This document shows positions 46,982-56,366 of a stretch of DNA of 64,000 nucleotides, piece after piece. Under the pieces are notes generated by a model, which saw only the letters and a program-made list of their open reading frames with translations, had not been told where the DNA came from and searched no databases. The stretch is from Myxococcota bacterium. Lineage in GTDB: Bacteria; Myxococcota_A; UBA9160; PR03. The position numbers and the translations under genes were made by a program. Numbering within the stretch: position 1 is the first letter of the stretch; the number at the start of each line of letters is the position of its first letter. The stretch is from contig JBFIML010000016.1 of assembly GCA_041611735.1 (NCBI GenBank), positions 1-64,000 of the forward strand. Direction: 5' to 3'.

Positions 46982-47105
46982 GCCTTCTGTCTACGCCCGG
47001 CCCGGACGCAGGTCAAGCCGGGGGGCCGGGAGGCTCCCGGCCGGAACGACTATGCTCCTTACCCGCCGGTGGCACGGCCGTCGGGCAAGGGAGTCGAGGG
47101 GAAGC

Positions 47106-48542
47106 GTGACCTGGGAGCGCGCCCGCGCGGGCTACGACGAGATCTTCGGGGCCGACACGGCGCCCCGTCCCCACTACGCCGGCATCGTCTCGGTGCTCGA
47201 GTCCCTGAGCGAGCGCGAGCTGGCGCGCCGGGAGCGCCTCCAGGGCCTCTCGCTCCTCAACCAGGGCATCACCTTCGCCGTCTACGGAGACCGCGGCGGC
47301 ATCGAGCGCATCTTCCCCTTCGACTTCGTGCCACGCGTCCTGCCCGCCGAGGAGTGGCGCCGCATCGAGGTGGGTCTCGTGCAGCGTGTGACGGCCATCA
47401 ACCTCTTCCTGCGCGACGTCTACACGGACCAGCGCTGCCTCCGCGAGGGCGTGCTTCCCTGGGAGCTGGTGCTCTCCCGCAAGGAGTACAAACGTCCACT
47501 GCGGGGCATCGTGCCGCCCGGCCAGGTGTATACCCACGTGGTGGGAACCGACCTCGTGCGCGACGCCGAGGGCAACTACCTGGTGCTCGAAGACAACTGC
47601 CGCTGTCCCAGCGGCGTCTCCTATGTGCTCGAGAACCGGAGTGTCCTGAACCGCACCTTCCCGGAGCTCTTCAGCGTCTACCCGGTGCGTCCGGTGGGGG
47701 GCTACCCGCGCATGTTGCTCGACACGCTGCGCTTCGTGGCGCCGCGTTGGAGTGAGGGCGCCCAGGTGGTGGTGCTCACCCCAGGTATCCACAACTCGGC
47801 CTACTTCGAGCACTCCTTCCTGGCCCGGGAGATGGGGGTCCCGCTCGTGGAAGGCCGGGACCTGCTGGTGGAGGACGACCTCGTCTTCATGCGCACCACC
47901 GAGGGGCGACGCCGGGTGGATGTGATCTACCGGCGCGTGGACGACGACTTCCTCGACCCCCTCACGTTCCGCAAGGACAGCACCCTGGGCGCCCCCGGTC
48001 TGGTGGACGCCTACCGGGCCGGCAACGTGGCCCTCGCCAACGCGCCCGGCGCCGGCGTGGCGGACGACAAGGCCACCTACGCCTTCCTGCCCGATCTGAT
48101 CCGCTTCTACCTGGGCGAGGAGCCGGTCCTGGGCCAGGTGCCCACCTGGGTGGGCTTCCGTCGCGACGACTTCCAGTACATGACCGAGCACCTGGGCGAG
48201 CTCGTGGTGAAGACCACCGGCGACGCCGGCGGCTATGGCATGCTGATGGGCCCCTTCGCCTCCAAGCGCGAGATCGCCGAGTACCGCGAGCGCATGCGCG
48301 CGAACCCCGAGGGCTACGTGGCCCAGCCGCTGGTGGAGCTCTCGAGCCATGCCACCTACCTGGAGCGGCGCTTCGTGCCGCGTCGCATCGATCTCCGCCC
48401 CTTCATCCTGTACGGCGACCGGGTGCGCGTGCTGCCCGGCGGCCTCACCCGAGTGGCGCTGCGCGAGGGCTCCTACGTGGTCAACTCATCCCAGGGCGGC
48501 GGCAGCAAGGACACCTGGGTGCTGGAGGAGAAGGCGGGATGA
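47106..48542 (+). CDS. Circularly permuted type 2 ATP-grasp protein
   Basis: YDEIF, GITFAVY, FPFDFVPR, EDNCRCPSGVSY, NSAYFEH, YRRVDDDFLDP and VVNSSQGGGSKDTWVL. Confidence 0.93.
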   Translation: MTWERARAGYDEIFGADTAPRPHYAGIVSVLESLSERELARRERLQGLSLLNQGITFAVYGDRGGIERIFPFDFVPRVLPAEEWRRIEVGLVQRVTAINLFLRDVYTDQRCLREGVLPWELVLSRKEYKRPLRGIVPPGQVYTHVVGTDLVRDAEGNYLVLEDNCRCPSGVSYVLENRSVLNRTFPELFSVYPVRPVGGYPRMLLDTLRFVAPRWSEGAQVVVLTPGIHNSAYFEHSFLAREMGVPLVEGRDLLVEDDLVFMRTTEGRRRVDVIYRRVDDDFLDPLTFRKDSTLGAPGLVDAYRAGNVALANAPGAGVADDKATYAFLPDLIRFYLGEEPVLGQVPTWVGFRRDDFQYMTEHLGELVVKTTGDAGGYGMLMGPFASKREIAEYRERMRANPEGYVAQPLVELSSHATYLERRFVPRRIDLRPFILYGDRVRVLPGGLTRVALREGSYVVNSSQGGGSKDTWVLEEKAG

Positions 48543-49492
48543 TGCTGGCTCGCGTGGCCGACGCCCTCTATTGGCTCGGGCGTTACCTGGAGCGGGCCGA
48601 GAACGTGACCCGCCTGCTGCACGTGACGAGCGAGCTCACCGTCGAGCTCGAGGGCCTCGACGAGACCCTGGCCCAGACCGAGTGGGACACGCTGCTCGCG
48701 GCGATCCCGGGGGCCGAGCGCGCGCGACTGGACTTCTCGCCCGCCGCGGGCCTGAGCGTTCCCTACGTGGGGGCGCTGCTCCTCGACGACGCCAACCTCG
48801 TCTCGGTGCGCCACTCCCTCGGCATGGCCCGGGAGAACGCGCGGGCAATCCGCGAGGTGCTCACCCGCGAGGTCTTCCAGCAGCTGAACGAGGCCTGGCG
48901 GGAGCTCGAGCGGCACGGCCGGCGGCCGCCACGGGACCCGGCCGCGGCCCTCGACATCGTGAACCAGACGCAGCAGGCCATCCTGACCACCCTCGGCGCC
49001 ATCGAGCACACCCTGAGCCGCGACCAGGGCTGGACCTTCATGAAGCTCGGCGAGGCGCTCGAACGCACCCTGCGTACGGGGCTCGTGCTGCGCGCCAAGC
49101 TGCCCGCGCTGCGCGAGAAGGAGGCGGATCCTCCGCTCGTCTACGCGCGCTGGCGCAGCCTGCTGCGCGGGGTGGCCTCGCTCGAGAACTTCCGGCGCGT
49201 GCACGGCGCCGGGCTGGAGCCCGACCGGGTGCTGCACTTCCTGCTCTTCGACCCGGTGGCGCCGCGCTCCGTGCGCTGCGGGGTCACGCGCATGAAGGGC
49301 TATCTGGACCAGCTCCCAGAGGCGTCCGAGGTGAGCCGCGCCGACCGCATCCTGGGCCGGCTGCTCGCCGCCCTCCGCTACGAAGACCAGGAGATCCTCG
49401 CGGCGCCCGACCCGTTGCCCTTCCTGGATCGCCTGATCTCCGCCCTCGGCGAGACCCACGAGGCCGTGGCGCGGCAGTACTTCCTGAGCTGA
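48539..49492 (+). CDS. Alpha-E domain protein
   Basis: MLARVADALYWLGRYLERAE, ARENAR and second ER motif LGEALER..PRSV. Confidence 0.92.
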   Translation: MMLARVADALYWLGRYLERAENVTRLLHVTSELTVELEGLDETLAQTEWDTLLAAIPGAERARLDFSPAAGLSVPYVGALLLDDANLVSVRHSLGMARENARAIREVLTREVFQQLNEAWRELERHGRRPPRDPAAALDIVNQTQQAILTTLGAIEHTLSRDQGWTFMKLGEALERTLRTGLVLRAKLPALREKEADPPLVYARWRSLLRGVASLENFRRVHGAGLEPDRVLHFLLFDPVAPRSVRCGVTRMKGYLDQLPEASEVSRADRILGRLLAALRYEDQEILAAPDPLPFLDRLISALGETHEAVARQYFLS

Positions 49493-49496
49493 CGCC

Positions 49497-50477
49497 ATGT
49501 GGCTGCGTGTCGAGCACCGACTGCACTTCGCCTACGACGGCTGGATCTCCCAGAGCCACATGAATCTGCGCGTCGAGCCGCGCACGACGTCGCATCAGAC
49601 GCTGCGCTCCTTCCTGATCGCCGTGGGACCCCCGACCCGGGTGCACCGCCATCTCGACTGGATCGGCAACCACGTCCATCGCTTCAGCATCCACGACTTC
49701 CACGACCGCATCGAGGTTCTGGTGCGCTCCCTGGTGCGCACCCACCCCCAGGCGCTCACGCCTACGGCCCTGGCCCGAGCGCCCCGGCCCATGGAGCAGC
49801 TGGAGGAGCTGCTGGACTGGGTCCGCTTCGACGGTCCGGTGACCCGCTCGTCGCGACTGGAAGCCCTGGCCCGGGAGCTGCCCGTCGCCGCCGGCGAGCC
49901 ACTCGGGGCCCAGGTGGAGGGCATCGGCCGCTTCGTCCACCAGCGCTTTCGCTACGTGCCCGAGGTGACCGATTGGAAGAGCACCTCGGACCACCTGCTC
50001 GAGACCGGAGCGGGCGTCTGCCAGGACTTCACCCACGTGATGCTCGCGCTGCTGCGGCTGCGCGGGATCCCGTGTCGCTACGTGAGCGGGTACCTGCATA
50101 CGGACAGCGCGGGGTCCGCCCAGAGCCACGCGTGGGTGGAAGTGCACGCCGGCGAGCCCGGCTGGGTGGGCTACGACCCGACCCATGCCCGCCCGCCCGA
50201 CGAGCGCTACGTGGTCGTGGCCAGCGGGCGCCATTACGACGACGTTCCGCCGAACCGCGGCATCTACCGGGGCACCGCGCGCGAGATCCTGGGCGCCGAG
50301 GTCCGCACCGAGGAGGCGGGCCCGCCGGACGTGGCGGGCCTGCACGAGGAGACCGCTGCCATCGAGGTGCCGGTCTTCCGGGAGATCCCGGTGCCCAGCC
50401 GCGCATCGGACGCTGCCCTGCCCGAGGCGCAGCAGGAGCAGCAGCAGCAGCAGGCGCGAGGCGCGCCGGAGCCGTAG
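49497..50477 (+). CDS. Transglutaminase-like protein (Bact_transglu_N + core)
   Basis: GVCQDFTH, RYVSGY, HAWVE and GYDPT triad motifs, with a poly-Gln tail. Confidence 0.92.
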   Translation: MWLRVEHRLHFAYDGWISQSHMNLRVEPRTTSHQTLRSFLIAVGPPTRVHRHLDWIGNHVHRFSIHDFHDRIEVLVRSLVRTHPQALTPTALARAPRPMEQLEELLDWVRFDGPVTRSSRLEALARELPVAAGEPLGAQVEGIGRFVHQRFRYVPEVTDWKSTSDHLLETGAGVCQDFTHVMLALLRLRGIPCRYVSGYLHTDSAGSAQSHAWVEVHAGEPGWVGYDPTHARPPDERYVVVASGRHYDDVPPNRGIYRGTAREILGAEVRTEEAGPPDVAGLHEETAAIEVPVFREIPVPSRASDAALPEAQQEQQQQQARGAPEP

Positions 50478-50483
50478 GCCGGG

Positions 50484-51089
50484 TCAGTCGTGGGCAGGCG
50501 GCGGCGCCGCCACCGCGGGGGGGCTCCCCGCCCGGCGCCCTGCCAGCACCGTCACCGAGGGCTCGTACTCCCCGCGCCCGGACTGGTTCTGCAACACGAT
50601 GCGGATCACGCCCTGGGCGTCGAAGCTCGCCTGGCTGGTGGACACGATCTTGCGGCCCGCCCGCGCGGGCAGCTCCGCCGTGAGGTCCACGGCGTCGAGG
50701 CCGCCCGGCGGCGGCTCGAGGGTCATCCACTCCTCGGTGGTGCCCGTGAGGATCCCGCCCACCACGAAGCCCTGGCCGCTGCCGCGCACCTGCACCGGCA
50801 CGTTGCCCGGGAGGTCCGGCGCCGTCGTGTCGAGCTCGAAGGCGACCTGGTAGCGCCCGTCCTCCCGGACCGTGAGCTGGAGGTTGCCCTGGATCTCGCG
50901 CTGCAAGCCGCTCTCGGCCTGCACCGTGACGCCCTCCAGCTCGTAGCTCCCGGAGCGCGCCGCCGCGTCCGCGGCGGAGACGGGGGCGAAGGGCATGCCG
51001 CCGGCCAAGGGCGCGCGGGATTCCGAGGACCCGCAGGCCAGGGCCGCCGCCACGAGGACCGCGGTCAGGAAGTGCCCGGTGCCGACCAT
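50484..51089 (-). CDS. Hypothetical lipoprotein
   Basis: MVGTGHFLTAVLVAAALAC lipobox, beta-rich body and a GGAGG RBS. Confidence 0.7.
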   Translation of the reverse strand: MVGTGHFLTAVLVAAALACGSSESRAPLAGGMPFAPVSAADAAARSGSYELEGVTVQAESGLQREIQGNLQLTVREDGRYQVAFELDTTAPDLPGNVPVQVRGSGQGFVVGGILTGTTEEWMTLEPPPGGLDAVDLTAELPARAGRKIVSTSQASFDAQGVIRIVLQNQSGRGEYEPSVTVLAGRRAGSPPAVAAPPPAHD

Positions 51090-51106
51090 GCTCCGGCCTC
51101 CGTTGC

Positions 51107-51115
51107 ATTGTACCA
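51107..51115 (-). promoter_or_regulatory. Extended -10 promoter element
   Basis: Minus strand TG-G-TACAAT, 17 nt upstream of ATG 51089. Confidence 0.45.
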
Positions 51116-51280
51116 GCCACGGGTCCTCTTCCTGCGCTGCCCGAGCGAGGGGCTCCGACACCCGCAGGGCCGGCTCAAGGCGGGCGTCGGCACTTCCGAT
51201 TCAGCAGTGGGGCGGGGGACGGAATACCTGCCCCGCGGGGCACGAGGTCTCCGCCACCCTTCGGCACGAGGACACCGCCC

Positions 51281-52255
51281 ATGATCCGCCCGGCCGATCC
51301 GCCCGACGAACCCAGGCGCCTCGCGGCGCTGCGGGAACTCGAGATCCTCGACACGCCGCCGGAGGAGCGCTTCGACCGCTTCACGCGCCTGGCCCGTCGC
51401 ATGTTCGGCGTTCCCATCGCGCTGGTCAGCCTGGTGGATGCCCGACGCCAGTGGTTCAAGTCGCGGCAGGGCCTCACGGCCACCGAGACGCCGCGGGACA
51501 TCTCCTTCTGCGGCCACGCGATCCTCGGTGAGGACGTGCTGGTGGTCGCCGATGCGCGGCGCGACGAGCGCTTCGCCGACAACCCGCTGGTGAGCGGTGA
51601 CCCGAACATCCGCTTCTATGCCGGCTATCCCCTCGAAGCCCACGACGGCAGCAAGCTCGGAACCCTGTGCCTGATCGACCGGCAGCCGCGCGATTTCGCC
51701 GAGGAGGACCGCGTTCTGCTCCAGGACCTCGGCCAGATGGTGGAGGCGGAGCTGGCCGCCTTGCGCCTGGCCACCGTGGACGAGCTCACGGGGCTCTCCA
51801 ACCGGCGCGGGTTCCGGGCCGTGTCCCACAAGGCGCTAGCCCTCTGCAAGCGCATGAAGCGACCCGCCACGCTGCTCTTCTTCGATCTCGACGGGTTCAA
51901 GCCCATCAACGACCGCTTCGGCCACGCCGAGGGCGACCGGGCACTGCGCGAGGTGGCGGGCCTCCTGCTGGACAGCTTCCGCGACTCGGACGTGGTGGCC
52001 CGCCTCGGCGGCGACGAGTTCTGCGTCCTGCTGACCGGCACCGGCGAGAAGGATCTCGACCGCCCCCTGCACGGCCTCGAGGCGCACATTGCGGCTCGCA
52101 ACGCGGCATCCGATCGCAAGTATCCTCTGGCGTACAGCGTGGGCGTGGTCCGCTACGACCCCGTCCGCCACGCCTCGGTGGACGACCTGCTCGAAGAGGC
52201 CGACCGCCTGATGTACGAGCAGAAGCGCGAACGCCGCGCCGCCGGGGCGCGCTGA
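51281..52255 (+). CDS. GAF-GGDEF diguanylate cyclase
   Basis: RQWFKS..SFCGHAI..IRFYAG GAF, DELTGLSNRR, DLDGFKPIND and RDSDVVARLGGDEF. Confidence 0.93.
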   Translation: MIRPADPPDEPRRLAALRELEILDTPPEERFDRFTRLARRMFGVPIALVSLVDARRQWFKSRQGLTATETPRDISFCGHAILGEDVLVVADARRDERFADNPLVSGDPNIRFYAGYPLEAHDGSKLGTLCLIDRQPRDFAEEDRVLLQDLGQMVEAELAALRLATVDELTGLSNRRGFRAVSHKALALCKRMKRPATLLFFDLDGFKPINDRFGHAEGDRALREVAGLLLDSFRDSDVVARLGGDEFCVLLTGTGEKDLDRPLHGLEAHIAARNAASDRKYPLAYSVGVVRYDPVRHASVDDLLEEADRLMYEQKRERRAAGAR

Positions 52256-52304
52256 GGCGCGGGGGGAAGCTGCGATCCCTGCCACAAGCCGCCAGTACGA
52301 GAGC

Positions 52305-53177
52305 GTGCGCAGGTTCCTGCCGGGCCTCGCCGTGGCGCTGGCGCTGCTTCTGGCAGCGGGCCAGCTCGGCTACATGTGCTCGCGCTCCGAGCTCGGCGAC
52401 CTGCGCGCCGACCTGACCCTGGCCCGGCAGACCGAGGCCGAGCTGCGCGAACGGCTGGCCCTGGAGGCGCGCCTGGGTGCGCCGCCGTCTGCCGCTCCGG
52501 AGGTCGATCCGGAGGCCGCCGCAGCCTCCGCTGCCGCCGCCGACGAAGCCGTCGCGGCGGCCCGGGCCGAAGCGGCGGATGCCGGTGCCCGAGCCGAAGC
52601 CGCCGCGCGGCAGCTCGATGAGGCCGTTGTGCAGCTGCGGCGCGCGAAGCAGGCGGCCGAGCAGGACCGGCGCGCCTTCGCCGCGGCTCGGGTCCGTCTG
52701 GAGCAGGAGCGCACCCGGCTCCGTGAGCGCGTCGCGGCGGCGCCCGCGCCGCGCGTGACCACGCGGCCCGCGCCCGAACCCCCGCCCCGGGTGGCGGCGG
52801 TCCAGCCGCCCGCGAAACGCGCTGCGCCGCCGAGCGTGGCGGCGTCGCAAGCGCCGGCGAAGGCCGTCGAGCCGGCGGCGCAGAGCTGTCCCGAGCTCGA
52901 GGCGCCGAAGTTCACGTTGCGCGACATCGGTGAGTTCGAGACTCGCCTCGGGGGACGCCTGTTGCTCCGCCTCGAGGTGGACGGCGGCCAGCTCGCGTTG
53001 CGCATCGGCTCCGGGGCCCGCAGCCGCTACCTGCTCTCCGAGCCGCCCCAGCGCTTCGCTTTCGACTGCGCGGGAACCGCCTACGTGGTCGCTGTCTGCG
53101 ACATCACGAACTCGCCGCTCTCGGTGAGCGGTCGGGTCTCGCGGGCCGAGGACTGGCGCGACGCCTGCCGCGGTTAG
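52305..53177 (+). CDS. Hypothetical membrane-anchored coiled-coil protein
   Basis: N-terminal TM, Ala/Glu/Arg coiled coil, Pro-rich linker and a small Cys-containing C-terminal beta domain. Confidence 0.7.
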   Translation: MRRFLPGLAVALALLLAAGQLGYMCSRSELGDLRADLTLARQTEAELRERLALEARLGAPPSAAPEVDPEAAAASAAAADEAVAAARAEAADAGARAEAAARQLDEAVVQLRRAKQAAEQDRRAFAAARVRLEQERTRLRERVAAAPAPRVTTRPAPEPPPRVAAVQPPAKRAAPPSVAASQAPAKAVEPAAQSCPELEAPKFTLRDIGEFETRLGGRLLLRLEVDGGQLALRIGSGARSRYLLSEPPQRFAFDCAGTAYVVAVCDITNSPLSVSGRVSRAEDWRDACRG

Positions 53178-53244
53178 GGCGCTCAGCCGATCGGTTCGAC
53201 CCCAGCCCGTCCGGGCCACCCGCGCGAGCGCCCGGGTTGGCCCC

Positions 53245-53640
53245 TCAGCCGGTTCGGGCCTTCTGGCGGATCTTCTCCAGGACGATGTGGGAGAGGGCCT
53301 CGTCGCCGAAGATTCCGACCCGGATGCGCAGGTGCGTGAGCCGGTCGCTGCGCCGCTGCAGGGTGACGAGGATGCGCCGCTCGTCGGCGCCGCGCGCCGT
53401 CACGGATGCGGAGGTCCCGTCCTTCTCGGTGGCGGTCACGGTCAGGTCCAGGTCCGCCAGGGCCGCGCGGGAGGCGGACCAGGCCTGGTCGAGGGTCAGC
53501 TCCTCGGTGGACTCGAGGTCGCCGCGCACGTAGGCGACCGTCCCCGCTCCCGCTGCCGCGCCCCCGGCCAGGAGCACGGCGGCGCAGCCCGTGGGAGCGA
53601 GCAGCGCCAGGCAGACCAGCAGCCGAAGGCCGGTTCCCAT
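53245..53640 (-). CDS. DUF3568 family lipoprotein
   Basis: Lipobox PTGC, GAAAGAGTVAYVRGDL and IRVGIFGDEALS..LEKI. Confidence 0.85.
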   Translation of the reverse strand: MGTGLRLLVCLALLAPTGCAAVLLAGGAAAGAGTVAYVRGDLESTEELTLDQAWSASRAALADLDLTVTATEKDGTSASVTARGADERRILVTLQRRSDRLTHLRIRVGIFGDEALSHIVLEKIRQKARTG

Positions 53641-53690
53641 GAGGCTGGTGAGCGTAGCCCAGCGCCCGGTCGGTCGCGTGGCCTTGCGGC

Positions 53691-54326
53691 CTAGATCCAG
53701 CCGAGCAGCGGGCCGAACACGATCAGGCACGTCGCATCGAAGCCGTAGATCGTGCCCACCGCGGCCGCCTTGCGCCGCACGGACTGCATGTCGTGCACCC
53801 AGAAGGCCACCAGGAAGAAGGTCAGGTAGCCCAGGATCACGATTGGGATCGGCGAACCCGCACTCCACCACCAGTAATCCCAGGTGAGGGCGTCCACCGC
53901 GTTCAGGAACAGCTCCACCACCACGCAGCCGATCGACCAGGTGACGGCCAGGAACCAGCGGTTCGGGACGCCGCAGATGCGCAGGCCGGGGTCCCGGGGC
54001 AGCATCTTGGCCGCTGCCACGCCCAGGAAGGCGAACATCAGGCTGATCTCGATGTTCAAACCGATCAGGATCAGGAAAGCCGTATCGCCCGGGGCCGCCC
54101 AGACCGGCGCGTACTGGGTGAAGTGGAAGACCAGGGCGTTCCAGATCTCGTTGAACCAGTCCATGCCCCAGAAGGCGAGCCCCGCGAAGAGCACGTTCCA
54201 ATTGCGCCGCTCCACCTCGACGGAATACACATAGACCACCAGCACGAGGGTCGGGATCACCGTCCAGTTGAACAGGCTGCCGTCGCGCAGGTTGCCGAGC
54301 GCCTGTTGGGCGAACTCCGTGGGCAC
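53691..54326 (-). CDS. Conserved hypothetical multi-pass membrane protein
   Basis: About six TM helices with polar intramembrane motifs DWFNEIWN, NIEI and VELFLN..W.YWWW. AAGGAG RBS before GTG 54326. Confidence 0.8.
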   Translation of the reverse strand: MPTEFAQQALGNLRDGSLFNWTVIPTLVLVVYVYSVEVERRNWNVLFAGLAFWGMDWFNEIWNALVFHFTQYAPVWAAPGDTAFLILIGLNIEISLMFAFLGVAAAKMLPRDPGLRICGVPNRWFLAVTWSIGCVVVELFLNAVDALTWDYWWWSAGSPIPIVILGYLTFFLVAFWVHDMQSVRRKAAAVGTIYGFDATCLIVFGPLLGWI

Positions 54327-54476
54327 GATCAGGGCTCCTTGCGGTCGCGGGCAGCATACCCGAAGCCGCCCGCGCGCGGCGGACCGCCCTTCGGCCCTGG
54401 AAGCACCCGGGTCCGGATCATCGGCGTTGGCCTTGGATCCCCGACCCATCCAAGCCCCGCACGGGCCGGCGCAAGC

Positions 54477-55457
54477 TCACGCCGCTCCGCGACCCGGGCT
54501 TGCCTGTTCGAGCCAGCGGCGTACGCCCTCGCGGAGCTCTACCCGGGGCTCGAAGCCGAGCTCCGTGCGAGCGCGATCCACCCGGTAGTCGTACGGGCGT
54601 CCTACGACGCGCACCGCGTAGCGCGTCAGGCGCGGCTCGCGCCCCCGTAGCCGGCCCCAGCCTTCCAGGGCCGTGGCGGCCAGGAGGGCGAGCGGGTAGG
54701 GCACGTGCCCTCGCGGCGGTGGCACGCCCAGGCCCCCGGCCAGGAACACGACGAACTCGTTCCAGCTGGGATTCCCCGGATGGTTCAGATTGTAGGTGCG
54801 CCCCCCGGCGCGCGGATCGGCGAGCACGCGCGCCACGCACTCCACCACGTCCTCCACGTGGATGGCATCCACCCGCTGGCGTCCGCTTCCGATCATCCGG
54901 GCCCGTCCCGCGCGCAGATTCTCCACCAGCTTGGGCAGGAACTTGTCGTCGCCAGGGCCATAGATCGGTGTCGGCCGCAGCACCGTGAGGGCGAGCTCGC
55001 CGCGCGCCTCGTGGGCGCGCAGGAGCTCCTCGGCCTCGATCTTCGTGTCGCCGTAGGGATCGCCCGTCTTGCGCAGGGGCGCCGTCTCGTCGAGCGGGAC
55101 GCCCGAGGCACGCCCGTACACGGAGACCGAGCTCAGGTGGACGAAGCGACGTACCCCGGCGGCCACCGCGGCGCGCGCCAGGTTGCGGGTCCCGTCGCGA
55201 TTGATGCGCCGGGCGTGATCCATGCGCTGCCCGTAGCCCACGGCGGCGGCCAGGTGGACGACGGCCGCGTGGTCCGGCAGCAGCGAGGCGAAGCTCTCGG
55301 GCGCCGTGAGGTCGCCTCGCACCACGCGCTGGGCGGAAAGGCCCCGCTCGGACTCCGGGGGCAGGAGCAGCGCCGTGGTCTCGTGGCCGTCGCGGGCGAG
55401 GCGGGGGAGCAGGTTCCGGCCCAGGAAGCCCCCGGCCCCGGTGACGAAGATCTGCAC
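54477..55457 (-). CDS. NAD-dependent epimerase/dehydratase (extended SDR, 3-beta-HSD-like)
   Basis: VTGAGGFLG, HLAA, SSVSVYG, YGDTK and RPTPIYGPGD. Confidence 0.9.
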   Translation of the reverse strand: MQIFVTGAGGFLGRNLLPRLARDGHETTALLLPPESERGLSAQRVVRGDLTAPESFASLLPDHAAVVHLAAAVGYGQRMDHARRINRDGTRNLARAAVAAGVRRFVHLSSVSVYGRASGVPLDETAPLRKTGDPYGDTKIEAEELLRAHEARGELALTVLRPTPIYGPGDDKFLPKLVENLRAGRARMIGSGRQRVDAIHVEDVVECVARVLADPRAGGRTYNLNHPGNPSWNEFVVFLAGGLGVPPPRGHVPYPLALLAATALEGWGRLRGREPRLTRYAVRVVGRPYDYRVDRARTELGFEPRVELREGVRRWLEQASPGRGAA

Positions 55458-55460
55458 GCC

Positions 55461-56366
55461 CTAGATCCGTGCCGCCACGCCGTACCGGGCGAACCGGTCC
55501 TGGAGCTCCGCGTAGAAGCCGTCCTCCGGCGGGCGGATGCCGAGCGGCGTGCGCCCCGTCCCGAGGCGGGGCAGCTTCGCCTCCCAGAGATGGTTGTAGG
55601 GCAGCAGCGTGAGCGTGCGCACGCCGAGGTCCCGGAGCAGGTGCGCCGTGGCCGCCACGTTCTCCGGGTCGCTGTTCCAGCCGGGGATCACCGCCATGCG
55701 CACTTCGAGGGAAACGCCGCGCCGCAGCAGCTCCGCCAGGTTCTCCAGGATCTGGAGGTTGTCCTGCCCCGTGAAGCGGGTGTGGCGTAGCGGGTCCGCC
55801 GCCTTCACGTCGAAGAGCACGAGGTCGAGCCACGGCAGCAGCGGCTCCAGCAGGCCGAAGGGGTAGGCCCCGCAGGTCTCCAGGGCCACGTGCAACGCCT
55901 CGGCCTTCGCCCGGGGCAGGAACTCGCGCAGGAAGCCCGCGTGCAGCACGGGCTCCCCGCCCGAGAGGGTGAGGCCCCCGCCCGAGGCCTCGTAGAAGGC
56001 GCGATCGCGCAGCAGCAGCTCGAGAAGCTCGGGCGCCCCCCAGCTGCGTCCCACCTGGCGCAGGGCACGTCCGGGGCACACGTCCACGCACTTCCCGCAC
56101 GCGGTGCAGCGGGCGAAGTCCACGCGTGCCGTCCGCTCGGAGCGGATCGCCCCCTCCGGACACACCCCGAGGCAGCGCACGCAGCCCTCCAGGCAGTGCT
56201 CCGCGTAGTAGGCGAGCTCCGGCGACGCCTGCTTCGCCTCGGGGTTCTGGCACCAGGCGCAGGCCAGGGAGCAGCCCTTGAAGAAGACCACGCTGCGGAT
56301 GCCCGGCCCGTCGTGGATCGAGAAGCGCTGCACGTCGAAGACGATGGCCTGGTGGGGCAGGGTCAC
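55461..56366 (-). CDS. Glycyl-radical enzyme activating enzyme (radical SAM with ferredoxin insert)
   Basis: QRFSIHDGPGIRSVVFFKGCSLACAWCQNPE, two auxiliary Cys motifs (CVRCLGVCP, CTACGKCVDVCP) and SGGEP. Confidence 0.93.
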   Translation of the reverse strand: MTLPHQAIVFDVQRFSIHDGPGIRSVVFFKGCSLACAWCQNPEAKQASPELAYYAEHCLEGCVRCLGVCPEGAIRSERTARVDFARCTACGKCVDVCPGRALRQVGRSWGAPELLELLLRDRAFYEASGGGLTLSGGEPVLHAGFLREFLPRAKAEALHVALETCGAYPFGLLEPLLPWLDLVLFDVKAADPLRHTRFTGQDNLQILENLAELLRRGVSLEVRMAVIPGWNSDPENVAATAHLLRDLGVRTLTLLPYNHLWEAKLPRLGTGRTPLGIRPPEDGFYAELQDRFARYGVAARI

